Source: Bacteroidota bacterium (lineage in GTDB: Bacteria; Bacteroidota; Bacteroidia; Chitinophagales; Chitinophagaceae). Taken from it: a stretch of 40,379 nucleotides of DNA. Shown one piece after another: positions 29,448-40,379 of this stretch. The DNA lies in NCBI GenBank assembly GCA_947441205.1, contig CANETM010000001.1:1-40379 (forward strand), read 5' to 3'. A program made the translations under genes and the position numbers. Under the pieces are notes generated by a model. It saw nothing but the letters and a program-made list of their open reading frames with translations. It did not search any database and was not told the origin of the DNA. The number at the start of each line of letters is the position of its first letter. The first letter of the stretch is position 1.

Positions 29448-30662
29448 ATGTCTAAAAATATTTGGGTAATTAATCAATTTGCCGGAAACCCCGAATCAGG
29501 TTGGGGTGAAAGGCATTATTATTTTAGCAAAAACTGGATAGAGAAAGGCTATAGGGTAACTATTATATCTGGTTCTTACAATCATGTTTTTCACAAATTA
29601 CCTCATGCTACGGCGCAGTTTAATTTTGATAATTATGAAGGAACACCATTTTGTTGGGTAAAAGTTCCACATTATAATCCGAAGTCAGTTACACGGTTTT
29701 GGAGTTTTCTAGTATTTGCTTTAAAGATTCTCTTTTTACCCTTAAAGAAGCTTGGGAAGCCAGATATCATTATAGTCTCCTCTATGCCTATTTTTCCGAT
29801 ATTGACTGGTTATTGGTTGAAAAAGTGGTATCGTTCCAAAGCATTATTGTTTGAAATTAGAGACATTTGGCCACTTACTATGGTGCTATTAGGGGATGTA
29901 TCTCCAAAACATATTGCAGTTAGGTTTATTGGTTGGTTTGAAAAATTCGGTTACAGGAAAGCCGATAAAATTGTGTCATTATTACCAAACGCCGCTATTC
30001 ATTTTGAAGAAATTGCAAAAGCTGGAAGTAAGTTTGAATATATTCCAAATGGTTTAGACGAAGCAGTGCTTTCACAGGAAAAATTACCTGAAGAAATTGA
30101 ATCTAAAATTCCGAAAAATAAATTTATAATTGGTTATACTGGTACAATTGGATTAGCAAACGCATTAGAATACTTAATTGAAGCTGCTGGAATTCTTAAA
30201 ACAGATAATAGATTTTATTTTGTAATTATTGGGGATGGCTATCTCAAAGAAGAATTGATGAAAAAATCGAAAGACTTTGGTAATATCTCATTTTTCTCTA
30301 AAATTAGAAAAAATCAAGTGTCATCTGCAATTGCCCATTTTGATGTTTGTTTTGTAGGTAGAAATGACACACCCTTGTTTAAGCATGGAGTTTCGGCTAA
30401 TAAGTATTTTGATTATATGCTTGCAGGTAAACCCGTTTTAGATTCGAATAATTTTATAAAAGATCCCGTTGAATTATCTGGAGGTGGTTTAATTGTTGCG
30501 CCAGATTCTGCAGAAGCAATAGTAAGGGGAATCATTGAGCTAAATAATTTATCGGAACTGGAAAGGAAAATTATGGGGGAGAAAGGGCGAGATTATGTTA
30601 GAATTAATCATAATATTAAACATCTTTCCGATTTGTATATTAAGTTATTTAAGCAGTTTTAA
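29448..30662 (+). CDS. Glycosyltransferase family 4 (WbuB-like)
   Basis: NQFAG.P, FEIRDIWP, YTGTIGLAN, GVSANKYFDYM. Confidence 0.88.
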   Translation: MSKNIWVINQFAGNPESGWGERHYYFSKNWIEKGYRVTIISGSYNHVFHKLPHATAQFNFDNYEGTPFCWVKVPHYNPKSVTRFWSFLVFALKILFLPLKKLGKPDIIIVSSMPIFPILTGYWLKKWYRSKALLFEIRDIWPLTMVLLGDVSPKHIAVRFIGWFEKFGYRKADKIVSLLPNAAIHFEEIAKAGSKFEYIPNGLDEAVLSQEKLPEEIESKIPKNKFIIGYTGTIGLANALEYLIEAAGILKTDNRFYFVIIGDGYLKEELMKKSKDFGNISFFSKIRKNQVSSAIAHFDVCFVGRNDTPLFKHGVSANKYFDYMLAGKPVLDSNNFIKDPVELSGGGLIVAPDSAEAIVRGIIELNNLSELERKIMGEKGRDYVRINHNIKHLSDLYIKLFKQF

Positions 30663-31565
30663 ATGAATATTGTTTTAACAGGCTCTTCAGGTTTTTTAGG
30701 AAGGATTGTGCATGAAAAACTCAAGGCAAAGCACAAGGTGTTAAGCCTTGGAAGAACTAACGAGTGTAGTATTCAAGTTAAGGATATTGCAAATATTTCA
30801 AATTTACCTGCTCCACTTGATGAAATAAACTCTGTTATACATATTGCTGGATTGGCCCATGTTAATCCTAAGGACGATGAATCTAAAATGGCATTTGATA
30901 AAGTAAATTTTGAAGGTACTAAAAGCTTGTGTTTTTGGATAGAAACTTGGACTCAAAAGCCAGATGCTTTTATCTTTATTAGTTCTGTCTCCGTATATGG
31001 TTTAGAAGTAGGTTCTGGAATAACTGAAAATGATGAATTACTAGGAAAATCCCCTTATGCATTAAGCAAAATAAAAGCAGAACAATTTTTATTGAAGTGG
31101 GGAGAAAAGTTAGGCATAAGAATTTTGATTTTAAGATTGCCATTGATAGTTGGAGCAAATCCTCCTGGGAATTTAGGTAAAATGATTAATGCAATTAGAC
31201 GAGGAACTTATTTTTCCATTGGAGGTGGCAAGGCCAGAAAGAGTATGGTATTGGCAGAAGATGTAGCAAATTTATTGGCAACTTGTCCAAATATTTCGGG
31301 TGTATATAATTTAACAGACGGTTTTCACCCTTCGTTTGCAGAATTAGAATCAGTAATAGCAAAGCAATTAGGAAAGTCAAGTTCGCTTAATATTCCAATA
31401 TTATTGGCTAGATTATTAGGAAAGGTTGGAGATATATTGCCCATTTTTCCAGTTAACACAAATATCATAAAAAAAATTACCCAAGATTTAACCTTCTTTG
31501 ATTTAAAAGCCCGCCAAAATTTGAATTGGAATCCATCAAGTGTAATTGAAAATTGGAGGATTTGA
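30663..31565 (+). CDS. NAD-dependent epimerase/4-reductase (WbpV-like)
   Basis: TGSSGFLG, HIAGLAH, SSVSVYG, PYALSK, RLPLIVG..PGN. Directly upstream of the PGT gene. Confidence 0.8.
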   Translation: MNIVLTGSSGFLGRIVHEKLKAKHKVLSLGRTNECSIQVKDIANISNLPAPLDEINSVIHIAGLAHVNPKDDESKMAFDKVNFEGTKSLCFWIETWTQKPDAFIFISSVSVYGLEVGSGITENDELLGKSPYALSKIKAEQFLLKWGEKLGIRILILRLPLIVGANPPGNLGKMINAIRRGTYFSIGGGKARKSMVLAEDVANLLATCPNISGVYNLTDGFHPSFAELESVIAKQLGKSSSLNIPILLARLLGKVGDILPIFPVNTNIIKKITQDLTFFDLKARQNLNWNPSSVIENWRI

Positions 31566-31578
31566 AATACATTAAATA

Positions 31579-32130
31579 ATGATTAGATTTTTTGATTTTA
31601 TTTTTGCTAGTTTGGGGCTGATAGTTTTATTTCCAGTTTTATTGATTTTAATTGTTATTGGATATTTTGATACTGGTTCCCCTTTCTTTGTTCAGGAGCG
31701 GGTTGGAAAAAATAAAAAGCCATTTAAATTGGTGAAGTTTAGAAGTATGTATATCAATACAAAGTCGGTAGCTACGCATTTGGCTAGTTCAAGTTCTATA
31801 ACGAACTTTGGTAAGTTCTTGCGTGGGTCTAAATTGGATGAATTGCCTCAGTTGTGGAACGTAATTACAGGCGATATGAGTTTGGTTGGTCCCCGTCCAA
31901 ATTTATATAACCAGGAGGAGTTAATACTTGAAAGAGATAAACTAGGTGTTTATCAAATAAGACCAGGTATAACTGGATTGGCTCAAATTAATAATATTGA
32001 CATGTCTACGCCAAAATTGTTGGCTAAAACAGATGCAGAAATGATTAAGGGTTTTAGTGTTTCAACTTATTTCACCTTTATTTTTTCAACAATAATGGGT
32101 AAAGGTTCAGGTGATAAAATTGTAAATTAG
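31579..32130 (+). CDS. Initiating monotopic phosphoglycosyl transferase (Bac_transf, PglC-like)
   Basis: RFFD, QERVG, KFRSM, KLDELPQL, GDMSLVGPRP, RPGITGLAQ. Confidence 0.92.
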   Translation: MIRFFDFIFASLGLIVLFPVLLILIVIGYFDTGSPFFVQERVGKNKKPFKLVKFRSMYINTKSVATHLASSSSITNFGKFLRGSKLDELPQLWNVITGDMSLVGPRPNLYNQEELILERDKLGVYQIRPGITGLAQINNIDMSTPKLLAKTDAEMIKGFSVSTYFTFIFSTIMGKGSGDKIVN

Positions 32131-32156
32131 AAGTGTATTTTTAGATTTAGAATAAA

Positions 32157-33194
32157 ATGATAAAATTTTCAATAATAGGTTTTGGGCATATTGGTAAAAG
32201 GCATGCAACTATTGCCAATGAGTATCCAAATTGTCAAGTTGTAGCAGTTGTAGATATTAATCATGCGGCGAAAGATCATGAACTGTTTCCAAAGGGAGCA
32301 CAATATTTTCAGTCAATTGAAGAATTTTTAGAAGCTAAAATTAAATGTGATGTCGTAAACTTGGCAACGCCTAATGGATATCATTGTCCATATGCAATTA
32401 AATGTTTGGAGGCAGGCTACCATGTTGTCATTGAAAAGCCAATGGGTTTAACGAAAGCAGAATGTGAATCTGTAATTTTTAAATCATTACAGATGAGCAA
32501 GCAGGTTTTCGTTGTAAAACAAAACCGTTACAGTCCACCAAGCAAATGGATGAAAGAGGTAGTTGGTTCAGGCAAAATTGGAGAGGTGTTAACCGTGCAG
32601 GTGAATTGTTATTGGAATCGCGATAGTCGTTATTATAAAGCTGGTGGTTGGAAAGGTACATTGAAACTAGATGGCGGGACGCTCTTTACCCAGTTTTCGC
32701 ACTTTATAGATATTATGTATTGGGTATTTGGGGATATTAAAAACATTAAAGCAACTTTTGCCGATTTTAACCATCAAGATACTACCGAATTTGAGGATGG
32801 TGGATTGGTTAATTTTGAATTTGTAAATGGTGGTTTGGGTTGTATAAATTTTAGCACTTCTGTTTGGGATACCAATATGGAAAGTAGTATAACGGTGATT
32901 GGTTCTAAGGGGAGTTTCAAAGTAGGTGGGCAGTACATGAATGAAGTGGAATATTGCCATATTGAAAACTATACGATGCCAGAGTTGCCACCAACTAATG
33001 CTCCTAATGATTATGGTCCGTTTAAGGGGAGTGCAGCAAACCACCATTATGTGATAGAAAATGTGGTAAATACCCTGGAAGGGAGAGATACCATTACGGC
33101 TAATGCCTTAGAAGGATTAAAAGTAGTGGATATCATAGAACGTATTTACGAAACACGCGATTTGAACAAGTTGAAAGGACAAACAAATGGCTAA
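32157..33194 (+). CDS. wbpB: UDP-GlcNAcA 3-dehydrogenase (WbpB/WlbA)
   Basis: Gfo/Idh/MocA motifs TPNG.H, IEKPM, VKQNRY, DGG. First gene of the wbpB-D-E triad. Confidence 0.8.
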   Translation: MIKFSIIGFGHIGKRHATIANEYPNCQVVAVVDINHAAKDHELFPKGAQYFQSIEEFLEAKIKCDVVNLATPNGYHCPYAIKCLEAGYHVVIEKPMGLTKAECESVIFKSLQMSKQVFVVKQNRYSPPSKWMKEVVGSGKIGEVLTVQVNCYWNRDSRYYKAGGWKGTLKLDGGTLFTQFSHFIDIMYWVFGDIKNIKATFADFNHQDTTEFEDGGLVNFEFVNGGLGCINFSTSVWDTNMESSITVIGSKGSFKVGGQYMNEVEYCHIENYTMPELPPTNAPNDYGPFKGSAANHHYVIENVVNTLEGRDTITANALEGLKVVDIIERIYETRDLNKLKGQTNG

Positions 33195-33762
33195 TTTTTT
33201 CGCACACGAAACCGCCATCATAGATGAAGGTTGCATCATTGGCGAGGGGGTTAAAATTTGGCATTTCTCACACATTATGCCTAATTGTATTATAGGTGAT
33301 AAATGTAATATAGGCCAAAATGTGGTGATATCGCCTGAGGTTGTTTTGGGGAAGAATGTTAAGATTCAAAATAATGTGAGTATCTACACTGGCGTTGTTT
33401 GTGAGGATGATGTTTTTCTTGGACCAAGCATGGTTTTTACCAATGTAATTAACCCCAGGAGTGCCGTTAACCGAAAAAATGAATATGCTAAAACCATAGT
33501 AAAAAAAGGAGCCAGCATTGGCGCCAATGCTACCATTGTATGCGGACATGATATTGGTGCATTTGCCTTTATTGGCGCTGGGGCGGTTGTTACTAAAAAT
33601 GTTCCAGATCATGCATTACTGGTTGGAAATCCAGCCAAACAAATGGGGTGGGTAAGTGAGTATGGACATCGACTAAATTTCAATGATGAGGGCATTGCAA
33701 TATGTCCGGAATCTAATCAAGAGTATCAAATTAAAAATGAAAGGGTAGAAAGAATAAAATGA
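33187..33762 (+). CDS. wbpD: UDP-GlcNAc3NA N-acetyltransferase (WbpD/WlbB)
   Basis: IWHFSH, IGQNV, KIQNNVSIY, FLGPSMVFTNV.NPRS, GNPA. Confidence 0.9.
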   Translation: MANFFAHETAIIDEGCIIGEGVKIWHFSHIMPNCIIGDKCNIGQNVVISPEVVLGKNVKIQNNVSIYTGVVCEDDVFLGPSMVFTNVINPRSAVNRKNEYAKTIVKKGASIGANATIVCGHDIGAFAFIGAGAVVTKNVPDHALLVGNPAKQMGWVSEYGHRLNFNDEGIAICPESNQEYQIKNERVERIK

Positions 33763-34904
33763 GCATGAAAATACAAATGGTTGACTTAAAAAGTCAATAC
33801 AACCATATCAAAAATGAGGTAAATGAAGCAATTCTAAATGTTATTGAGCATGGCCAATTTATTAAAGGTCCAGATGTTAAGATCTTTGAAGAAAAACTTA
33901 AATCATACCTCAACGTGAAACATGTAATCGCCTGTGCCAACGGAACAGATGCTTTACAAATTGCTATGATGGCATTGAATTTAAAGCCGGGTGATGAGAT
34001 AATAGTGCCTGTATTTACGTATATCGCTACGGCAGAAGTTATAGGATTGTTGGGCTTAAAACCCATATTGGTGGATGTTGAACCTGACACCTTTTGCATA
34101 GATGTAGCAAAAATTGAAGATGTTATAAGTCCAAACACGAAGGCAATCGTTCCTGTTCATTTGTTTGGTCAATGTGCCAATATGGATGATATAATGGATC
34201 TAGCAAAAAAGCATCGTTTATTTGTAATTGAAGATACTGCCCAAGCCATTGGTTCAAAATATACATTTCAGAATGGAACTGTAGTGAGTTCCGGATGTAT
34301 TGGTGATATTGGCACTACCAGTTTCTTTCCAAGTAAAAACTTGGGTTGTTACGGTGATGGTGGTGCTTTGTTTACCAATGATGATGCCTTGGCGGAAAAG
34401 TTACGAATGATCTGCAACCATGGTCAGAAAGTGCAATATGTGCATGATATTATTGGTGTAAATAGCAGGTTAGACACAATGCAGGCCGCCATATTGAATG
34501 TCAAGCTTGGTCAACTTCGGAACTATGAAAATTCGAGAAATCAAGCAGCAAAATGGTACGATGAATTGCTTTGTGGTTTGGATTGGTTAGAAATTCCAAA
34601 ACGCAGGGCCAATTCCACACACGTTTTTCATCAATACACGGTTAAAATAAAAACAGGTAAACTCAAAAGAGATGCCATTAGAGTTGAAATGGGCAAATTG
34701 GGTATTCCTACAATGATTTATTATCCGATTCCATTGCACCAACAAAAGGCGTTTGATACCGAAAATTATCCATTGGGCTCTTTTCCGGTAAGTGAAGCGC
34801 TTTGTGATGTTGTATTATCGCTGCCCATTCATACGGAAATGAATTATGAAATGGTACAAGAAATTGTGCGGAATTTAATTCAAGTCCATCAAGAGTTGAA
34901 ATAA
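33759..34904 (+). CDS. wbpE: DegT/DnrJ/EryC1/StrS aminotransferase (WbpE/WlbC)
   Basis: ANGTDALQ, IEDTAQ, SFFPSKNLGCYGDGG, NSRLDT. Confidence 0.85.
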   Translation: MSMKIQMVDLKSQYNHIKNEVNEAILNVIEHGQFIKGPDVKIFEEKLKSYLNVKHVIACANGTDALQIAMMALNLKPGDEIIVPVFTYIATAEVIGLLGLKPILVDVEPDTFCIDVAKIEDVISPNTKAIVPVHLFGQCANMDDIMDLAKKHRLFVIEDTAQAIGSKYTFQNGTVVSSGCIGDIGTTSFFPSKNLGCYGDGGALFTNDDALAEKLRMICNHGQKVQYVHDIIGVNSRLDTMQAAILNVKLGQLRNYENSRNQAAKWYDELLCGLDWLEIPKRRANSTHVFHQYTVKIKTGKLKRDAIRVEMGKLGIPTMIYYPIPLHQQKAFDTENYPLGSFPVSEALCDVVLSLPIHTEMNYEMVQEIVRNLIQVHQELK

Positions 34905-35890
34905 TGGATCAATTCACAAAGAAAATTTCTCAAAGTAGTTTTTTAATCACTGGCGGAGCCGGGTTTATTGGTTCTAATCTGGTTGAATTGTTATTGGATT
35001 TGGGCGCTAAACACGTTCGTGTATTGGATAATCTTTCCAATGGGTATTATACCAATATTGAGGGGTTTGCTGGTCTTCGAAATTTTGAGTTTATCGAAGG
35101 AGATATCCGGGATATAGAGATTTGTAGGAAGGCGGTTGTGGGTATAGATTATATCAGCCATCAGGCCGCTTTAGGTTCTGTTCCAAGATCTGTTGAAGAT
35201 CCGTTAACCTCGAATGATGTAAATATTGGTGGTCATTTGAATATGTTGGTTGCAGCGAAAGAATCGCCTACTTTAAAGCGCATGGTGTATGCGGCGAGCT
35301 CTTCTAGTTTTGGCGATAGCGAAGCGCTTCCCAAGGTAGAAGGAAACGAGGGCAAGCCTTTATCGCCTTATGCGGTTACGAAATGGGTGAACGAGTTGTA
35401 CGGCGATGTATTTAGTCGGGTATATGGTTTGCATACGATCGGATTGCGGTATTTTAATATTTTTGGCCCCAAGCAAAATCCGAACAATCCCTATGCGGCC
35501 GTGATACCCTTATTCATGAAAGCTGCGATGAAAGGAACTTCCCCCATCATCAATGGAGATGGTACAAACTCACGCGATTTTACTTTTGTGCAAAATGCCT
35601 TGCAGGCGAATATTAGGGCGATGTTAAATACAGAGGATTTGTCCAAGCACGAGGTGGTGAATATTGCGGTGGGCGAACGGACGAATTTGGTGGAGTTGTG
35701 GGAGGCGATTGCGGTAGCTGCGGGTACTGTTGTACAACCGGTATTCGGGCCGCCGAGAGCCGGAGATATTCCACACAGTTTGGCATCCATTGAAAAGGCA
35801 AAGCGGTTGTTTGGTTATGACCCAAAGATCAGATTGAAAGAGGGTATCCGTATCACCTATGATTGGTTCACTAAAGAATATGTTCAGTAA
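34904..35890 (+). CDS. wbpP: UDP-GlcNAc(A) 4-epimerase (WbpP/TviC-like)
   Basis: GGAGFIGSNL, HQAALGSVPRS, SPYAVTK, RYFNIFGP.Q, YAAVIP. Confidence 0.8.
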   Translation: MDQFTKKISQSSFLITGGAGFIGSNLVELLLDLGAKHVRVLDNLSNGYYTNIEGFAGLRNFEFIEGDIRDIEICRKAVVGIDYISHQAALGSVPRSVEDPLTSNDVNIGGHLNMLVAAKESPTLKRMVYAASSSSFGDSEALPKVEGNEGKPLSPYAVTKWVNELYGDVFSRVYGLHTIGLRYFNIFGPKQNPNNPYAAVIPLFMKAAMKGTSPIINGDGTNSRDFTFVQNALQANIRAMLNTEDLSKHEVVNIAVGERTNLVELWEAIAVAAGTVVQPVFGPPRAGDIPHSLASIEKAKRLFGYDPKIRLKEGIRITYDWFTKEYVQ

Positions 35891-35918
35891 TTGATATCAT
35901 CAAAATTGAAGTTTAATT

Positions 35919-35951
35919 AGAGCCCCGCCATCCAGTGGGGTTCTGTCGTTT
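35919..35951 (+). terminator. Candidate intrinsic terminator / stem-loop after the long operon
   Basis: AGAGCCCCGC-CATCCA-GTGGGGTTCT forms a 10-bp stem with two G:U pairs. Weak U-tract (GTCGTTT). Confidence 0.55.
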
Positions 35952-36075
35952 AGAAGGCTACGAGATCATTGGTAAAAATACCTTAGTAAAAATCTCGTAA
36001 TTTTACAAATCATTGAATCTCACGCAAGAATCTGTTCGCTTGCCAATTAGTTCATTTGTTTGGGCTGAAAGTGTT

Positions 36076-36104
36076 AATTTACCACTTTGTTGTGGTAAAT
36101 TCGC
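36076..36104 (+). promoter_or_regulatory. Perfect inverted repeat overlapping a candidate Bacteroidota -7 promoter element upstream of wza
   Basis: AATTTACCAC-TTTGTT-GTGGTAAATT. TAAATTCG (36096-36103) is one mismatch from TAnnTTTG. Confidence 0.45.
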
Positions 36105-36118
36105 ACAATTGTTTTCCC

Positions 36119-36937
36119 ATGTCAAATTCATTGTTCAAAATCCCGCTTAAACCCAGCTTTGGTTGGTCAATCCTTTTGGCCATTGCAACTATTTTTATTA
36201 CCGGTTGCTATAGTTACAAAGACCAGATTTTGTTTCAAGGTTTGAAAGATACAACCTGTCCTAACCCAAATTTCCAAGAAAAAACCCTAATTCAAGCGGG
36301 AGATCAGTTATCAATTATTGTCAATGGTTTAGACGTGAACAGCACAAGTTATTTTAATATGCCAATGGGCATGGGTGCAGGCGGGAATATGCAAATGCTA
36401 AACCAAACCGGTAATCAAGGAGGCGGTTTGATGGGTTATGTTGTGAGTGAGTCAGGAGTTATAGAATTCCCCAAATTGGGTGAACTACATGTTGCAGGCT
36501 ATCACCCAGAACAGTTGCGGGATAGTTTGCAATGTTGGCTTTCTCCTTGGGTGAAAGATCCATCGGTAATGGTCCGATTGATGAATTTTCGTGTTACGTT
36601 TATCACAACGGACCATGCTCAAACCATCAACTTAATGAATACCCAAACCAATTTGTTACAGTTTTTGGGCATGGTTAATGGGATTACATGGACAGACCGC
36701 AAAGACAACGTACTGGTCATTCGTCAAGTGAATGGCTTACGAGAGGTCCATCATGTGGATCTCACATCCCAAGCGGTTTTTTCAAGTCCGGTTTACTTTC
36801 TTAAACCCAATGATATCATTTACGTGGAGCCCAATAAACGAAAATTCATCGATACCAATGCCCAATTGATTTCCTTGGTTACCACGATTACCAGCACCTT
36901 GAGTATCCTCGTTTTATTTGTTAATAGTCTGAGATAA
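36119..36937 (+). CDS. wza: Wza-type outer-membrane polysaccharide export lipoprotein
   Basis: Signal peptide with lipobox ITG-C, GDQLSI, G.IEFPKLG, LKPNDIIYVEPN, C-terminal hydrophobic helix. ATG 36119 preferred over TTG 36056. Confidence 0.88.
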   Translation: MSNSLFKIPLKPSFGWSILLAIATIFITGCYSYKDQILFQGLKDTTCPNPNFQEKTLIQAGDQLSIIVNGLDVNSTSYFNMPMGMGAGGNMQMLNQTGNQGGGLMGYVVSESGVIEFPKLGELHVAGYHPEQLRDSLQCWLSPWVKDPSVMVRLMNFRVTFITTDHAQTINLMNTQTNLLQFLGMVNGITWTDRKDNVLVIRQVNGLREVHHVDLTSQAVFSSPVYFLKPNDIIYVEPNKRKFIDTNAQLISLVTTITSTLSILVLFVNSLR

Positions 36938-36939
36938 TT

Positions 36940-39515
<2,576 letters not shown>

Positions 39516-39518
39516 TAA

Positions 39519-40379
39519 TTACCACTTGTTGCTCAAGCGGTCGTAGTATTCGAAGTTGATTTTGAAGCCGTAACGGGGTTTCTCGTAGATGTTGGCATAG
39601 CCCGCTGTGTAATAGATACCAATTTTAAATCGGTCACGCCAGATCCGAACAAGTTTATCAACCCCCACATAGCCCTCGTAGAAGAACAGGTTCCGTCTCT
39701 CCGGCGCATACAGCAAGTTCACACCCGCGCGCTCATACAAACTCAGCTTTTTCAAGAAGGGCACCTTGTTCACCAAACTGCCGTTGAAACTGTGCTGGTA
39801 ATGCACTTCATAAAATCGCTTATAGGTTTCAAAGGTGGAATCTAACTGCTGGAAAGCATATAAGGGGGGCGTAAATACCCCAATATCAGACCTGCGTTGG
39901 TAGCGATAATCCACGGGATTTACATTGTTCCGGCCAAGGAAAGCACCGCTCACAGCCCTTATTTCACTGGTTCCCATCAATCCCCAAGGAAAACTGTGGT
40001 TGATGTTATATTCCAAATATTGGAAGTCGCTATTGCTCTTGAAAACGCCTGGTACCGCTTGCTTATAGTTGATGGAAAAGGTTGGCCAATTTGAGCCCAA
40101 AATCACCTTTTGTTTGGGTTCCGACATATATCGTTGGAAAGGGGTGTATGAAAGATTAAACGAAGCAAAGAATGCCCTGTGGTCAGCAAATTGAATGGGT
40201 TGGTTGTTTTCAAATAAACGATTGCCGAATGCGTCGAATTGATAGTTCGACATATCCTTTCGATCACTCAATTCTCCTTGAACTTGCAGAAAGAGGCCAT
40301 TGATTAATTCCTGGCGATGGTATACGTTCATGTGCTTGTTCAAGTAAAAATTGCTCCGGCGTACAAGATCTAAATAGGC
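39519..40379 (-). CDS. 3' part of a large outer-membrane-type protein (DUF5686 / carboxypeptidase-like-regulatory-domain family), truncated
   Basis: The frame stays open to the window edge (...AYLDLVRRSNFYLNKH...). Aromatic beta-strand pattern, QHSFNGSLVNKVPFLKKL and S.WPTF segments. Confidence 0.65.
   Translation of the reverse strand, partial: AYLDLVRRSNFYLNKHMNVYHRQELINGLFLQVQGELSDRKDMSNYQFDAFGNRLFENNQPIQFADHRAFFASFNLSYTPFQRYMSEPKQKVILGSNWPTFSINYKQAVPGVFKSNSDFQYLEYNINHSFPWGLMGTSEIRAVSGAFLGRNNVNPVDYRYQRRSDIGVFTPPLYAFQQLDSTFETYKRFYEVHYQHSFNGSLVNKVPFLKKLSLYERAGVNLLYAPERRNLFFYEGYVGVDKLVRIWRDRFKIGIYYTAGYANIYEKPRYGFKINFEYYDRLSNKW

Noticed and set aside
35891-36118. Invertible promoter of the Bacteroides fragilis type
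   Set aside because: The inverted repeats enclose only 6 and 25 nt, too short to hold a promoter, and no recombinase is in the window.
36056-36118. TTG start for wza
   Set aside because: It would lengthen the signal peptide and run through the likely promoter; ATG 36119 gives a normal lipoprotein signal.

Overview
The window holds a ~39 kb Bacteroidota-type surface-polysaccharide (capsule/O-antigen-like) biosynthesis locus: 32 tightly coupled + strand genes (340-35890), then a separately spaced wza-wzc pair (36119-39420). It encodes a CMP-nonulosonate synthetase with two Gfo/Idh/MocA oxidoreductases, Wzx, a Wzy/O-antigen-ligase-family protein, an initiating phosphoglycosyl transferase, about six glycosyltransferases, three non-hydrolysing 2-epimerases and a WbpB/D/E/I diacetamido-uronic acid pathway. 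It also carries a LegB-like module that lacks LegC and eight tailoring enzymes (two AsnB-family proteins, LbH and AT3 acyltransferases, a double GNAT, a deacetylase, a Trm112-fused methyltransferase and a CapK-like adenylating enzyme). The ORF track misses three things. The window opens with the end of an IS4-family element (transposase start at 70, minus strand) inserted into a T9SS-cargo gene whose C-terminal remnant sits 6 bp upstream of neuA. The Wzc tyrosine cluster is built from a 12-bp tandem repeat. A perfect 10-bp inverted repeat overlaps the likely wza promoter. A convergent, truncated DUF5686-type gene closes the window. All family calls come from motif recognition, not database searches.
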